NCBI GenBank assembly: GCA_009691765.1
Contig: SIAO01000002.1
Location: 154,415 to 218,414 of the forward strand
DNA: 64,000 nt
Reading direction: 5' to 3'
Source: Planctomycetota bacterium
GTDB lineage: Bacteria; Planctomycetota; GCA-002687715
The position numbers were made by a program, and so were the translations under genes. Shown piece by piece: positions 37,437-46,258 of the stretch. Each line of letters starts with the position of its first letter. Position 1 is the stretch's first letter. The notes under the pieces are model-generated. The model saw nothing but the letters and a program-made list of their open reading frames with translations, had not been told where the DNA came from and made no database searches.

Positions 37437-38684
37437 CTACTCTGCGCTGGGCTGTGATTGCGGGATACGCGGAGCAATTTCCGTGTCCATGCCGCTGTGC
37501 TGGATGCGCAAGCCGCGCGCCTTCAAGTAACGGCTTTCTTCGAGTGGCAACATCACCGGATGGTCCGGTGCTTGGCTACCGCGGAAGAACTCCTGCGCGC
37601 GCACACCAACGCTCTTCGCGGCCGCGGCCACCATCTCGTCAAACGAGCTGTCCGGCACATGCTGGCTGCATGAATGCGTGAACAAAACTCCGCCGTCACG
37701 CAGCACGCGGAAGGCCTTCGCATTGGTTTCGTGATACAGCGCGAGGCCGCGCTCGATGTCCCCGCGACGGTGCACAAACTTCGGCGGATCCAGCACGATG
37801 ACATCGAAACTGCGCTTCTCTTGGTGGCAATGATCCAACATGCGCAGCACATTGGCTTTCTCAAAAGTCATCTGCTCCTGCACGCCGGCCTTCTCGGCCG
37901 CGATACGACCAAGTTCCAACGCGGGCTCAGAGGAATCCACGCAGGTCACATGCGTGGCGCCTTCAAGGGCCATACGCAAGCCGAATCCACCGACGTAGCT
38001 GAACGCATCCAGCACTTCGCGGCCACGCGCGAAGGGCGCCATCAAACGGCGGTTCTCGCGTTGATCTGAATACCAGCCCGTCTTCTGGCCTTCCATCGGA
38101 TCGCACAGCCATGTAACGCCGTACTCCGTCACTTCCATCGGGCCAGGCGGTAGCGAGCCGTAGAGCACGCCGCCAGTACGCGTCATGCCTTCTTCTTCCG
38201 TAGCGGTGCGACTCTCACGCTCTACGATGGCGACGGGAGCGCAACGCTCCACCAAGCGCTGCACGATGGGTTCGAGGAAGCGCGTCAGCCCGAAGCAACT
38301 GAGTTGCAGCACCAAGACCTTGCCCACTTTGTCCACGATCAATCCGGGGATGCCATCGCCTTCCGAGTGCACGAGGCGGAATGAGTTGGCCACTTCTGGC
38401 AAACGCAACACGTCTTCGCGCATGCTGAGGGCCAAGTCGAGGCGCTTCAGCAGCAACGCTGCATCCAACGTGCCTTCGCCCTTCAAAGCCACGAGGCGCA
38501 CTGAAATCTGGCTCTTGCTGTTCCAGAAGCCCTCGCCGATGAGGCGCCCAGCGTCATCCATAAGTTCGACCACATCGCCATCGGCAACTTGGCCGCGCAC
38601 GCGGTCGATGGCACCTGAAAACACCCAAGGGTGACCGAACCAGAAGGGGCGTGCTTTACGGGCTTTGAGGATGACTTTGGCCAT
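37437..38684 (-). CDS. rlmI: 23S rRNA (cytosine-C5)-methyltransferase RlmI-like (PUA + class I SAM MTase)
   Basis: ORF trimmed to MAKVILKARKARPFWFGHPWVF (PUA-like N-terminus). The MTase core has VLDAFSYVGGFG (motif I) and IVLDPPKF (motif IV). Confidence 0.75.
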   Translation of the reverse strand: MAKVILKARKARPFWFGHPWVFSGAIDRVRGQVADGDVVELMDDAGRLIGEGFWNSKSQISVRLVALKGEGTLDAALLLKRLDLALSMREDVLRLPEVANSFRLVHSEGDGIPGLIVDKVGKVLVLQLSCFGLTRFLEPIVQRLVERCAPVAIVERESRTATEEEGMTRTGGVLYGSLPPGPMEVTEYGVTWLCDPMEGQKTGWYSDQRENRRLMAPFARGREVLDAFSYVGGFGLRMALEGATHVTCVDSSEPALELGRIAAEKAGVQEQMTFEKANVLRMLDHCHQEKRSFDVIVLDPPKFVHRRGDIERGLALYHETNAKAFRVLRDGGVLFTHSCSQHVPDSSFDEMVAAAAKSVGVRAQEFFRGSQAPDHPVMLPLEESRYLKARGLRIQHSGMDTEIAPRIPQSQPSAE

Positions 38685-38809
38685 GACAGTTCTCCAACGG
38701 GGCGCGATGGTAGCGCGCTCTTGCTCGGAGCCGAGCGACAGCGTTCGCAGGAGCCTCCTGCGAGCCAAACTGGCTGCTATCCTGCCCAGACTCAAAGGAC
38801 CCGCGCACT

Positions 38810-39982
38810 ATGGCCAACCCGCTGCTCAAGACCGATTTCTACGACGTGGATGGCTTGTTCGAAGAAGAAGAGTTGTTGGCGCGCGACGAAGTGCGGCGCT
38901 GGGTGCGCGAGCGCTTCATGCCCATCGTGGAGCACTGCTACCGCGACGGCGAGTTCCCGCTGGAACGCGCGTTGGAGCTGGCCAAACTCGGCACCTTTGG
39001 CGCCAACTTGCACGGTTACGGCTGCGCCGGAATGTCCTCCACCGCCTACGGACTGATGATGCAAGAGTTGGAGTGGTGCGACTCCGGCCTGCGCTCGTTC
39101 GTGTCCGTGCAAGGCGCGCTTTGCATGTATCCCATCTACGCCTTCGGCAGCGACGCGCAGAAAGAGAAGTACTTGCCCGGCATGGCTGAAGGCAAGATTC
39201 TCGGGTGCTTCGGCCTCACCGAACCGGATTTCGGCAGCAACCCCGGCGGCTTGCTCGCCAAAGCTGAAGATCGCGGCAGCCACTATCGCCTCAACGGCGC
39301 CAAGATGTGGATCACCAGTTCGCCGCTCGCGCACTTCGCCATTGTCTGGGCCAAACTCGACGGCAAGATCTGCGGCTTCATCGTCGAGCGCGAGCGCGAA
39401 GGCTTCTCCACTCCTGTGCAAGACCGCAAGTGGTCACTGCGCTGCTCCGTCACCGGCGAAATCGTGATGCAGGATGTGGACATTCCCAAAGAAAACTTGC
39501 TGCCCGGCGCAATCGGCCTGAAAACCGCTCTCGCGTGCCTGTCACAAGCGCGCTACGGCATCGCTTATGGCGCGATCGGTGCTGCCGCGAGCTGCTACGA
39601 AACCGCGCGGGATTACACCCTTAGCCGCATTCAGTTCGGCAAGCCGCTCGCATCATTCCAGTTGATCCAGACCAAACTGGCCAACATGCTCACCGAGATC
39701 ACGAAAGCGCAGATGCTGTGCTGGCGCCTCGGCCGCTTGAAGGATGTGGGCAAGATGGATTTCGCGCAGGTCTCCATGGCCAAGCGCAACAATGTCGGCC
39801 GTGCCTTGGAAATCGCGCGCACGGCTCGGGACATGCTCGGAGCCAACGGCATCACCGACGAATACCCCGTGGGTCGCCACATGATGAACCTCGAAACGGT
39901 GAACACCTACGAAGGCACCTACGACATCCATGGGCTCATCCTCGGCGAACGCATCACCGGGATTCAGTCCTACGGCGGCTGA
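38810..39982 (+). CDS. gcdH: glutaryl-CoA dehydrogenase
   Basis: 390-aa acyl-CoA dehydrogenase with near-identity to GCDH signature blocks (GYGCAGMSSTAYGL, ELEWCDSGLRSFVSVQ, MYPIYAFGS, KYLPGMAEGKILGCFGLTEP, NTYEGTYDIHGLILGERITGIQ). Confidence 0.85.
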   Translation: MANPLLKTDFYDVDGLFEEEELLARDEVRRWVRERFMPIVEHCYRDGEFPLERALELAKLGTFGANLHGYGCAGMSSTAYGLMMQELEWCDSGLRSFVSVQGALCMYPIYAFGSDAQKEKYLPGMAEGKILGCFGLTEPDFGSNPGGLLAKAEDRGSHYRLNGAKMWITSSPLAHFAIVWAKLDGKICGFIVEREREGFSTPVQDRKWSLRCSVTGEIVMQDVDIPKENLLPGAIGLKTALACLSQARYGIAYGAIGAAASCYETARDYTLSRIQFGKPLASFQLIQTKLANMLTEITKAQMLCWRLGRLKDVGKMDFAQVSMAKRNNVGRALEIARTARDMLGANGITDEYPVGRHMMNLETVNTYEGTYDIHGLILGERITGIQSYGG

Positions 39983-39988
39983 CGGCTG

Positions 39989-41164
39989 ATGAACGCGCCT
40001 GCAGAACTGCTCGCGCGCTACGGTTCGCCGCTGTATGTGTATGACGCTGCGGTGCTCGACGCGGCACTCGCTGCTGCCCGCACTGCATTTGCTGGCTGTA
40101 GCGCTCGCTACGCCCTGAAAGCCAACGCCAACGCAGTGCTGTTGCGGCGCATCGCAGCCACTGGTTTCGGCGCCGACGCAGTGAGCCCACTGGAAGTGCG
40201 CGCTGCACTGGCTGCGGGGTTTGCGCGTGAGGCTGTTTCCTACACAGGCCATGCCAGTTCGCGCGAAGAGCTTGCTGCGGTGAGCCACGCTGGCGTGGAA
40301 ATCACCCTCGACAGCATCGAAGGCCTACGCCGCCTTGCTGACGTCGCGCCCGGCTCTGCGTGCGGGCTGCGCATCAACACCGGCATCGGCGCTGGGCATC
40401 ACCGCAATGTGGTCACTGGCGGTGCGGCCTCGAAGTTTGGCGTGCCACTCGAGGATCTCGCCGCCGCCATGACCGAAGCGCAGCGCTGCGGGTTGCGCAT
40501 CATCGGACTGCACCAACACGTGGGTTCAGGAATCCTCACTGCTCAACCGCTGATCGACGCCGCAGAAATGCTGTTGCGCGCGGCCACGCCTTGGGCGCAG
40601 CGCCTCAAGTGGCTCGATTTCGGTGGTGGTTTCGGCATCCCCTACCGCTCCGAAGAAGCAGCCCTCGATCTGGGCGCGGTGGTGAGCGGCATCCGCGAGC
40701 GCGCGGCCATTTGGTGCAAGGGCAACGAAACTTCGCTGGAACTGCGTTTTCAACCCGGCCGCATTCTCGTGGGCGCGTGCGGCACACTCTTGGTGCGCGT
40801 GATCGAAGTGAAGTCCTCCCTTTCTGCGTTGTGGGTGGCCACCGATTCCGGCTCGCATCACTTGCTGCGGCCCATGCTGTACGGCGCGTACCACCGCATC
40901 GAAAACCTCAGCCACCCAGACGCAGCGCCAACCCTCGTCAATGTCACCGGAGTGCTGTGTGAATCCGGCGATGTGCTGGCCCACGAGCGCTCGCTACCGC
41001 TGCCGCGCGAAGGCGACATCTTGGCCATCCGCGACGTGGGCGCTTACGGCTTCGCCATGGCCAGCACCTACAACCTCCGGCCCCGTCCAGCCGAAGTGCT
41101 GCTCCATGCCGTAGGCGCCGAGCTCATCCGCCCTCGCGAAACCGACTCCAGCGTCCTCGGCTGA
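39989..41164 (+). CDS. lysA: diaminopimelate decarboxylase
   Basis: 391-aa fold-III PLP decarboxylase with YALKAN (PLP Lys), HQHVGSG, and an EPGR..vG C-terminal domain. It starts 6 nt after gcdH. Confidence 0.9.
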   Translation: MNAPAELLARYGSPLYVYDAAVLDAALAAARTAFAGCSARYALKANANAVLLRRIAATGFGADAVSPLEVRAALAAGFAREAVSYTGHASSREELAAVSHAGVEITLDSIEGLRRLADVAPGSACGLRINTGIGAGHHRNVVTGGAASKFGVPLEDLAAAMTEAQRCGLRIIGLHQHVGSGILTAQPLIDAAEMLLRAATPWAQRLKWLDFGGGFGIPYRSEEAALDLGAVVSGIRERAAIWCKGNETSLELRFQPGRILVGACGTLLVRVIEVKSSLSALWVATDSGSHHLLRPMLYGAYHRIENLSHPDAAPTLVNVTGVLCESGDVLAHERSLPLPREGDILAIRDVGAYGFAMASTYNLRPRPAEVLLHAVGAELIRPRETDSSVLG

Positions 41165-41179
41165 GCCCTCCACCCACGC

Positions 41180-42022
41180 TTACACCATGGTGGAAGACGA
41201 GCCGCTACGGAAACCTTCGAGGTCGAGGGTGACGAAGCGGAATCCGATTTTCTTCAGGCCATCCACGAGCTGGCGGCCGGCAGCGCTATTCAGCAATTGC
41301 GGCGCTTGCGCTAGCGGCACTTCGATGCGCGCAACGCCGCCGTCGTGATGACGCACGCGGAGTTCGTGAAAACCCAGATCGCGCAATAAGGCCTCCGCCG
41401 CTTCCACGCGCTTGAGGCCGTCGAGGCTTACGGGCGTGCCCGCTGGAAAGCGCGAAGCAAGGCACGGCGCGGCTGGCAATTCAGCCGTGATGAGTTGGCG
41501 GCGCGCGGAAAGTCTGCGAATGGCGGCCTTGCCGATCGCCAGTTCGAACAAGGGGCTGCGCACGCCGTGCAACGCAGCGGCCTTGCTGCCTGGGCGATGG
41601 CCTTGTGCGTCGTCGGCCTGCGTGCCGTCCAAGAGCACCGCTTCAGGAGCCATCGCGCGCAAGGTTGCAAAGAGCGTGTCCTTGCAGTGGAAGCAGCGGT
41701 CACCGAGGTTGGCGCGGTATTCCGGGCGCTCTAACTCGTCCGTGGCGACAGTGTCGAGAGTCACAGCCAAAGCGTGTGCGACCGCCTCGGCTTGTTCACG
41801 CTGTGCGGCAGAGAGCGATGGCGATACCCCCAAGACCGCCCGCAGTCCTTGCGGGCCCAAGACTTCGGCCGCAACGGCGAGCAGGTACGACGAGTCCACC
41901 CCACCGGAGAAGGCGATCAGGGGCGCCTGTGGCAGGGCTCGTAGCCACTCCGCCAAGCGCCCTTCACACTGCAAATCATCTGTATTCGCAGTGCTCGCGG
42001 CTGCAAAAGGGGTGCTGCTCAT
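41180..42022 (-). CDS. PP-loop ATP pyrophosphatase, LarE-like (TIGR00268 family)
   Basis: ORF trimmed to MSSTPF. It has the SGGVDSS PP-loop and a Cys-containing downstream region typical of LarE/ExsB-like ATP-utilizing sulfur/amide transferases. Confidence 0.6.
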   Translation of the reverse strand: MSSTPFAAASTANTDDLQCEGRLAEWLRALPQAPLIAFSGGVDSSYLLAVAAEVLGPQGLRAVLGVSPSLSAAQREQAEAVAHALAVTLDTVATDELERPEYRANLGDRCFHCKDTLFATLRAMAPEAVLLDGTQADDAQGHRPGSKAAALHGVRSPLFELAIGKAAIRRLSARRQLITAELPAAPCLASRFPAGTPVSLDGLKRVEAAEALLRDLGFHELRVRHHDGGVARIEVPLAQAPQLLNSAAGRQLVDGLKKIGFRFVTLDLEGFRSGSSSTMV

Positions 42023-42237
42023 GGGGCGCGATGATAGCCCTGCGGAGACGAGACAGCACCCTCTCAAGGCCCTCTTGGAACGAGACCCACTTGTGAGGCA
42101 CAATGGAGCCGTCAACGAGGGCCGCATCACGCAGCCTTCTGCGCCGACGGGACTGGCACCCCCGTCGCACTCGAATTCTGCGGGGGCAACGCCTCTTGAA
42201 TGGCGTAACCTCGAACATCCACATCGAAAGGAAACTT

Positions 42238-43182
42238 ATGCTCCGAATCTTGCTCGCGACTTTTGCAGTCGCATCTTTGTTGGTCCTCCCCTCCTGCATG
42301 AAGATGGAAATGAAGAACAACTTCAATGCCGATAACACCGGCACCATCTCCATGAAGATGTCGATCAAGACTGAAGTGATCGACAACATCAGGGCCATGA
42401 CCGAGAGCGCCGGCGGCGAAGAAGGGGCCCGCGAAAGCCTCGACAAGGTCACGGAAGCGACAGACGAGAAGGCCAATGTCGAGAAGATGAAGAACTCGGG
42501 CGTGGAAATCATCTCCAGCAAGACTGTGGACAAGGACGGTTGGAAGGGCTTCGAAATCGAAGGCAAGATTGCCGACGTGAATGCCTACTGCGAGAAGTCC
42601 GCCAAGATCATGGAACTAGAAGCTGCCTCCGCAGGCTCAGAAGGCGGCAGGGGTCCAATGGACACCAGCGACTTCGGCGAGATGGCTCTGTCGTTCTTCA
42701 AAACTGCGGACCCCGCCGTGGGCAGCATGCAGATCATCCCGCCAATGGGCGATCGGATGTCGGCCATGGGCGGCGCAGACAATCCACTGGCTCGCCTCGA
42801 TGAAGCCTCCGAAGAAGAGCTTCAGATGTTTGAAGGCATGATGGAGATGATGAAGGGCCAGTTCGCCCTCGACCAGATGAGCATGAGCATGGTCATCGGC
42901 GTACCCGGCGACATCGTTGCCATGAAGGGCTGCACCAAGACCGAAGACAGCAAAGGTGTGATCTTCAACATGAAGGGTGGCGACATCAACATTGCGAGCA
43001 TCAAGACCATGATGGGCCTGAAAGAGGGCGTGTCGGTGGACTTCAAGATCCCCGCAGACTGCAAGATCACTTTCAAAGAACGCCCCAAGAAGGACGCACC
43101 AGCGCCCGCCAAGGAAGAGAAGAAGAAAGAAGAGAAGAAGGGCGGCCTCAAGATCGGAGAAGGCGGCGGCAAGGACGGCTGA
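42238..43182 (+). CDS. Met/Lys/Glu-rich lipoprotein of unknown function
   Basis: Trimmed to MLRILLATFAVASLLVLPSC (lipobox LPSC). An AAGGAAA RBS lies 6 nt upstream. The composition is strongly skewed (K, E, M, N, I) with Met-rich clusters (MQIIPPMGDRMSAMGG; MFEGMMEMMKGQF; MSMSMVIG) and a K/E-rich tail. Confidence 0.6.
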   Translation: MLRILLATFAVASLLVLPSCMKMEMKNNFNADNTGTISMKMSIKTEVIDNIRAMTESAGGEEGARESLDKVTEATDEKANVEKMKNSGVEIISSKTVDKDGWKGFEIEGKIADVNAYCEKSAKIMELEAASAGSEGGRGPMDTSDFGEMALSFFKTADPAVGSMQIIPPMGDRMSAMGGADNPLARLDEASEEELQMFEGMMEMMKGQFALDQMSMSMVIGVPGDIVAMKGCTKTEDSKGVIFNMKGGDINIASIKTMMGLKEGVSVDFKIPADCKITFKERPKKDAPAPAKEEKKKEEKKGGLKIGEGGGKDG

Positions 43183-43230
43183 CGACTTCCGGTGAATGGC
43201 CCGCGGCACATTGCGCGGAGCGAGTAATGC

Positions 43231-43257
43231 GGCGCGTTCCCTTCGGGGCAACGCGCC
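43231..43257 (+). terminator. strong GC hairpin with UUCG tetraloop downstream of the lipoprotein gene (convergent with the prolyl oligopeptidase gene)
   Basis: ggcgcgtt-ccc-ttcg-ggg-c-aacgcgcc forms an 8-bp outer stem plus a 3-bp inner stem closing a UUCG loop, followed by GUUGUCAUUGGUG. Confidence 0.45.
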
Positions 43258-43275
43258 GTTGTCATTGGTGCAAGA

Positions 43276-45429
43276 TCAGAAACCGCTCATGCCGAAAATG
43301 CGCACGAGGAACGCGAGGCGGTCGGCTGCTTCCTCGATGGCTTTCGCGGTCGGCGTGCCTGCGCCGTGTCCGGCTTTGGTTTCGATGCGGATCAAACAGG
43401 GCGCGTCGCCACCTTGAGCCGCTTGCAATGCTGCCGTGAACTTGAAGGAGTGCGCCGGCACGACGCGATCATCGTGATCTGCCGTGAACACGAGCGTTGC
43501 TGGATAGTGCGCGCCCGCCTTCAGATTGTGGAGTGGCGAATAAGCCCGCAACACCGGAAACATGGCGGCATCGTCAGCACTGCCGTACTCCGGCACCCAA
43601 GCCCAGCCGATGGTGAACTTGTGGAAGCGCAACATGTCCATCACACCCACCGCTGGCAGGCACGCTCCGAAAAGCTCCGGGCGCTGCGTCATGCACGCTC
43701 CGACGAGCAATCCGCCGTTGCTGCCACCGTTGATCGCGATGCGGCCCGCCGAGCTCCAGCCTTCGCGGATCAACCACTCCGCTGCGCCGATGAAATCGTC
43801 GAACACATTCTGCTTGCGTTGCAGCATGCCGGCTTGGTGCCACTCTTCACCGAACTCCGACCCACCCCGCAGTGCCGGTTGCGCATAGATGCCGCCCATT
43901 TCGAGCCACGCCAGATTCGCGACCGAAAACGCGGGCATGATGGGAATGTTGAAGCCGCCGTAGCCATACAGCAGCACCGGTGCGTTGGCACCACGCTGCA
44001 CATCGGCGCGATGCACGAGGTACATCGGAATCGCAGTGCCATCTTTACTTGTGTAAGTGACCTGCTCCGTCACAAAGCGTTTCGGATCGGGCACGCTTGG
44101 TGGTTGCGCCCAGCATGTCGTATCGCCGCTGTTCACATTGTGACGCCAAACGGAGGCGGGCGTCGTGAAGCTAGTGAAGCTGAAGTAGATCTCCGCATCC
44201 CTAGGCCGCGTGGAAAGCGCGCCGACCGTGCCACTTCCAGGCAACACCAGTTCGCGCAGCAGTGCGCCACTCGTTTCATGCAAGAACAAGCGGTGCTTCA
44301 CCGACTCCATGACCAACACCGCCAACTTCCCGCCAGCCATGCGTGCGTCGGCGATGGTGCCAGCGCCTTGCGGCACCACCGTGCGCCAATGCTGTGGTTC
44401 AGGATGATGCAAGTTCACAGCCACGATCTTCGAGCGCGGCGCTTCGTGATCCGTGCGGAAATAAAACAATTCGCCTTCGTTGCCGAGAAAATCAAAGCTG
44501 GCATCGAACGCCGTGAACAGCGCTTGCACCGGCGCGTCCGGCGCATCGAGGTGTTTGAAAAACACGCGGTTGCGCGAATCCGTGCCCACCCACGATGGGA
44601 TCACGAGGAAACGGCCATCTTCTGTGACTTCACCGCTGAAGCCCCAATCGGGTTCGTCCGTGCGTTCGTACACAACCTTGTCCGCACTTTGCAGCGTGCC
44701 GAGACGATGGAAGCACAGATGCTGATTGCGGTTCACCCCGCGCAGACTCTGGCCTTCCTTCGGTTCTGGATAACGGCTGTAATAAAAGCCACTGCCATCC
44801 GGCAGCCACGAAGCGCTGGAGAACTTCGACCAGCGCAACACGTCTTCGCGGTCGCGGCCTGTCGCCACTTCGCGCACATGCCACTCCACCCAATCCGAGC
44901 CGGCCGTGCTGAGCGCGTAAGCCACCAGCGTGCCGTCGCGCGAGGCCTTCATGTCGCCCAAGGCCATGGTGCCGTCAGCCGTGAGCGTGTTCGGATCCAA
45001 CAGCACCCGCGCTTCGCTGACCGCGCCGGAAGTCACATACACCACGGCCTGATTCTGCAGACCATCGTTCTTCGAGAAGAACAGATTGTGTCCGCGTCGC
45101 GACGGAGCCGACCAGCGCGGAAAGTTCCACAGCTTCGCGAGGCGTTGCTCGATGGCTTCGCGCTCTGGGATGGCGTCGAGAAAGGCTCGCGATTCTTGTT
45201 GGCGCGCCGCAATCCACGCTTTGGATTCCGGTGTTTCCGGATCTTCGAGCCAGCGGTAGGGGTCGGCGACCATAGTGCCGTGGTAGTCGTCCACCTGATC
45301 CATAGTGCGGGCCTCGGGAAAGTGCGCGGTGTTGATTTGCGAGCAAGAGGTGCAGACCAAAAGCAGCGCGAGGCCCCACGCTAGCAGCGCAGGACCCCGA
45401 GTTGGTCTGGCCCCGAAGTTGGGACCCAT
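43276..45429 (-). CDS. prolyl oligopeptidase (S9A family), lipoprotein
   Basis: 717-aa ORF with a lipoprotein signal (LLLVCTSCS), an N-terminal beta-propeller, and a C-terminal alpha/beta hydrolase with GGSNGG (catalytic Ser) and POP-specific blocks (DPYRWLEDP, YGGFN). Confidence 0.85.
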   Translation of the reverse strand: MGPNFGARPTRGPALLAWGLALLLVCTSCSQINTAHFPEARTMDQVDDYHGTMVADPYRWLEDPETPESKAWIAARQQESRAFLDAIPEREAIEQRLAKLWNFPRWSAPSRRGHNLFFSKNDGLQNQAVVYVTSGAVSEARVLLDPNTLTADGTMALGDMKASRDGTLVAYALSTAGSDWVEWHVREVATGRDREDVLRWSKFSSASWLPDGSGFYYSRYPEPKEGQSLRGVNRNQHLCFHRLGTLQSADKVVYERTDEPDWGFSGEVTEDGRFLVIPSWVGTDSRNRVFFKHLDAPDAPVQALFTAFDASFDFLGNEGELFYFRTDHEAPRSKIVAVNLHHPEPQHWRTVVPQGAGTIADARMAGGKLAVLVMESVKHRLFLHETSGALLRELVLPGSGTVGALSTRPRDAEIYFSFTSFTTPASVWRHNVNSGDTTCWAQPPSVPDPKRFVTEQVTYTSKDGTAIPMYLVHRADVQRGANAPVLLYGYGGFNIPIMPAFSVANLAWLEMGGIYAQPALRGGSEFGEEWHQAGMLQRKQNVFDDFIGAAEWLIREGWSSAGRIAINGGSNGGLLVGACMTQRPELFGACLPAVGVMDMLRFHKFTIGWAWVPEYGSADDAAMFPVLRAYSPLHNLKAGAHYPATLVFTADHDDRVVPAHSFKFTAALQAAQGGDAPCLIRIETKAGHGAGTPTAKAIEEAADRLAFLVRIFGMSGF

Positions 45430-45434
45430 GATGT

Positions 45435-46166
45435 TCAGTCTTTCCTTTGTCCGAAGAAACGGAGCAAGAAAAGGAAGAGATTGATGAAGTCGAGATACAG
45501 CGTGAGAGCGCCCATCAGCGCGTACTTGCTCACCTCTTGCTCCGTCGTGGCCTCAGAGCCAATGGCCTTCAACTTCTGCACATCCCACGCGGTGAGTACG
45601 ACGAAGACGAGTACGCCAACGAAGCTGATGATCGTGTCCATGGTGCCGCTGCCCATGAAGATGTTCACGACAGAAGCGATAAGCACACCGATGAGCGCCA
45701 TGCCAGCGATGGCGCCCGCTTTGGACAGATCGGATTTGGTCACATAGCCGAACGCCGCCATGCCGCCAAAGGTGCCCGCGGCGATGAAAAATGTTTGCGC
45801 CACACTGCCCAACTCATAGATCAAGAACACGCTTGAAAGCGTGAGACCCATGAGCGCGCTGTAGAACAAGAACAGCCCCGCGCAGGCGCCTGAAGAAAAC
45901 TTGCGTAGCGCAGCGCTGAAGAGCAACACGATGCCCACTTGGGCGATGATCAAGCCGTAGAACACGACCTTGCTGCCGAAGATGAAGTTCTGCGCTTCGG
46001 GGCTAGTGAACACCCAAAGCGCTGAAGCGCCGGTGACCACAAGCCCAAGAGTCATCCAGCCGAAAACTCGGGCCATGAAAGTGCGGGCCAGTGTCAGTGC
46101 CTGGCTCGATCCCGCGTACAGGTTCGCGTCCGAAGTGCCATTGCCGTAGTTCATAGGTGCGATCAT
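45435..46166 (-). CDS. Bax inhibitor-1/YccA family membrane protein
   Basis: 243-aa ORF with 7 TM helices and the BI-1 family C-terminal pattern. The start is possibly at MNYGN (46154). Confidence 0.8.
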   Translation of the reverse strand: MIAPMNYGNGTSDANLYAGSSQALTLARTFMARVFGWMTLGLVVTGASALWVFTSPEAQNFIFGSKVVFYGLIIAQVGIVLLFSAALRKFSSGACAGLFLFYSALMGLTLSSVFLIYELGSVAQTFFIAAGTFGGMAAFGYVTKSDLSKAGAIAGMALIGVLIASVVNIFMGSGTMDTIISFVGVLVFVVLTAWDVQKLKAIGSEATTEQEVSKYALMGALTLYLDFINLFLFLLRFFGQRKD

Positions 46167-46258
46167 CTCCTTGCTCGTATTACGAGCGCCACGAGCTTGC
46201 CACTCCCCCGCAGGAATGCAACACGCACGCCCTGCATCCTCCCCGCTACACTGGCGCC

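Noticed and set aside
42238-43182. Lower-GC lipoprotein gene as a horizontally transferred island
   Set aside because: The GC drop is confined to the ORF and is accounted for by its Lys/Glu/Met/Asn-rich composition (AAG, GAA and ATG codons). Flanking intergenic DNA and its third-codon positions are not obviously foreign, unlike the 2065-3340 islet, which is AT-richer in both genes and spacers.
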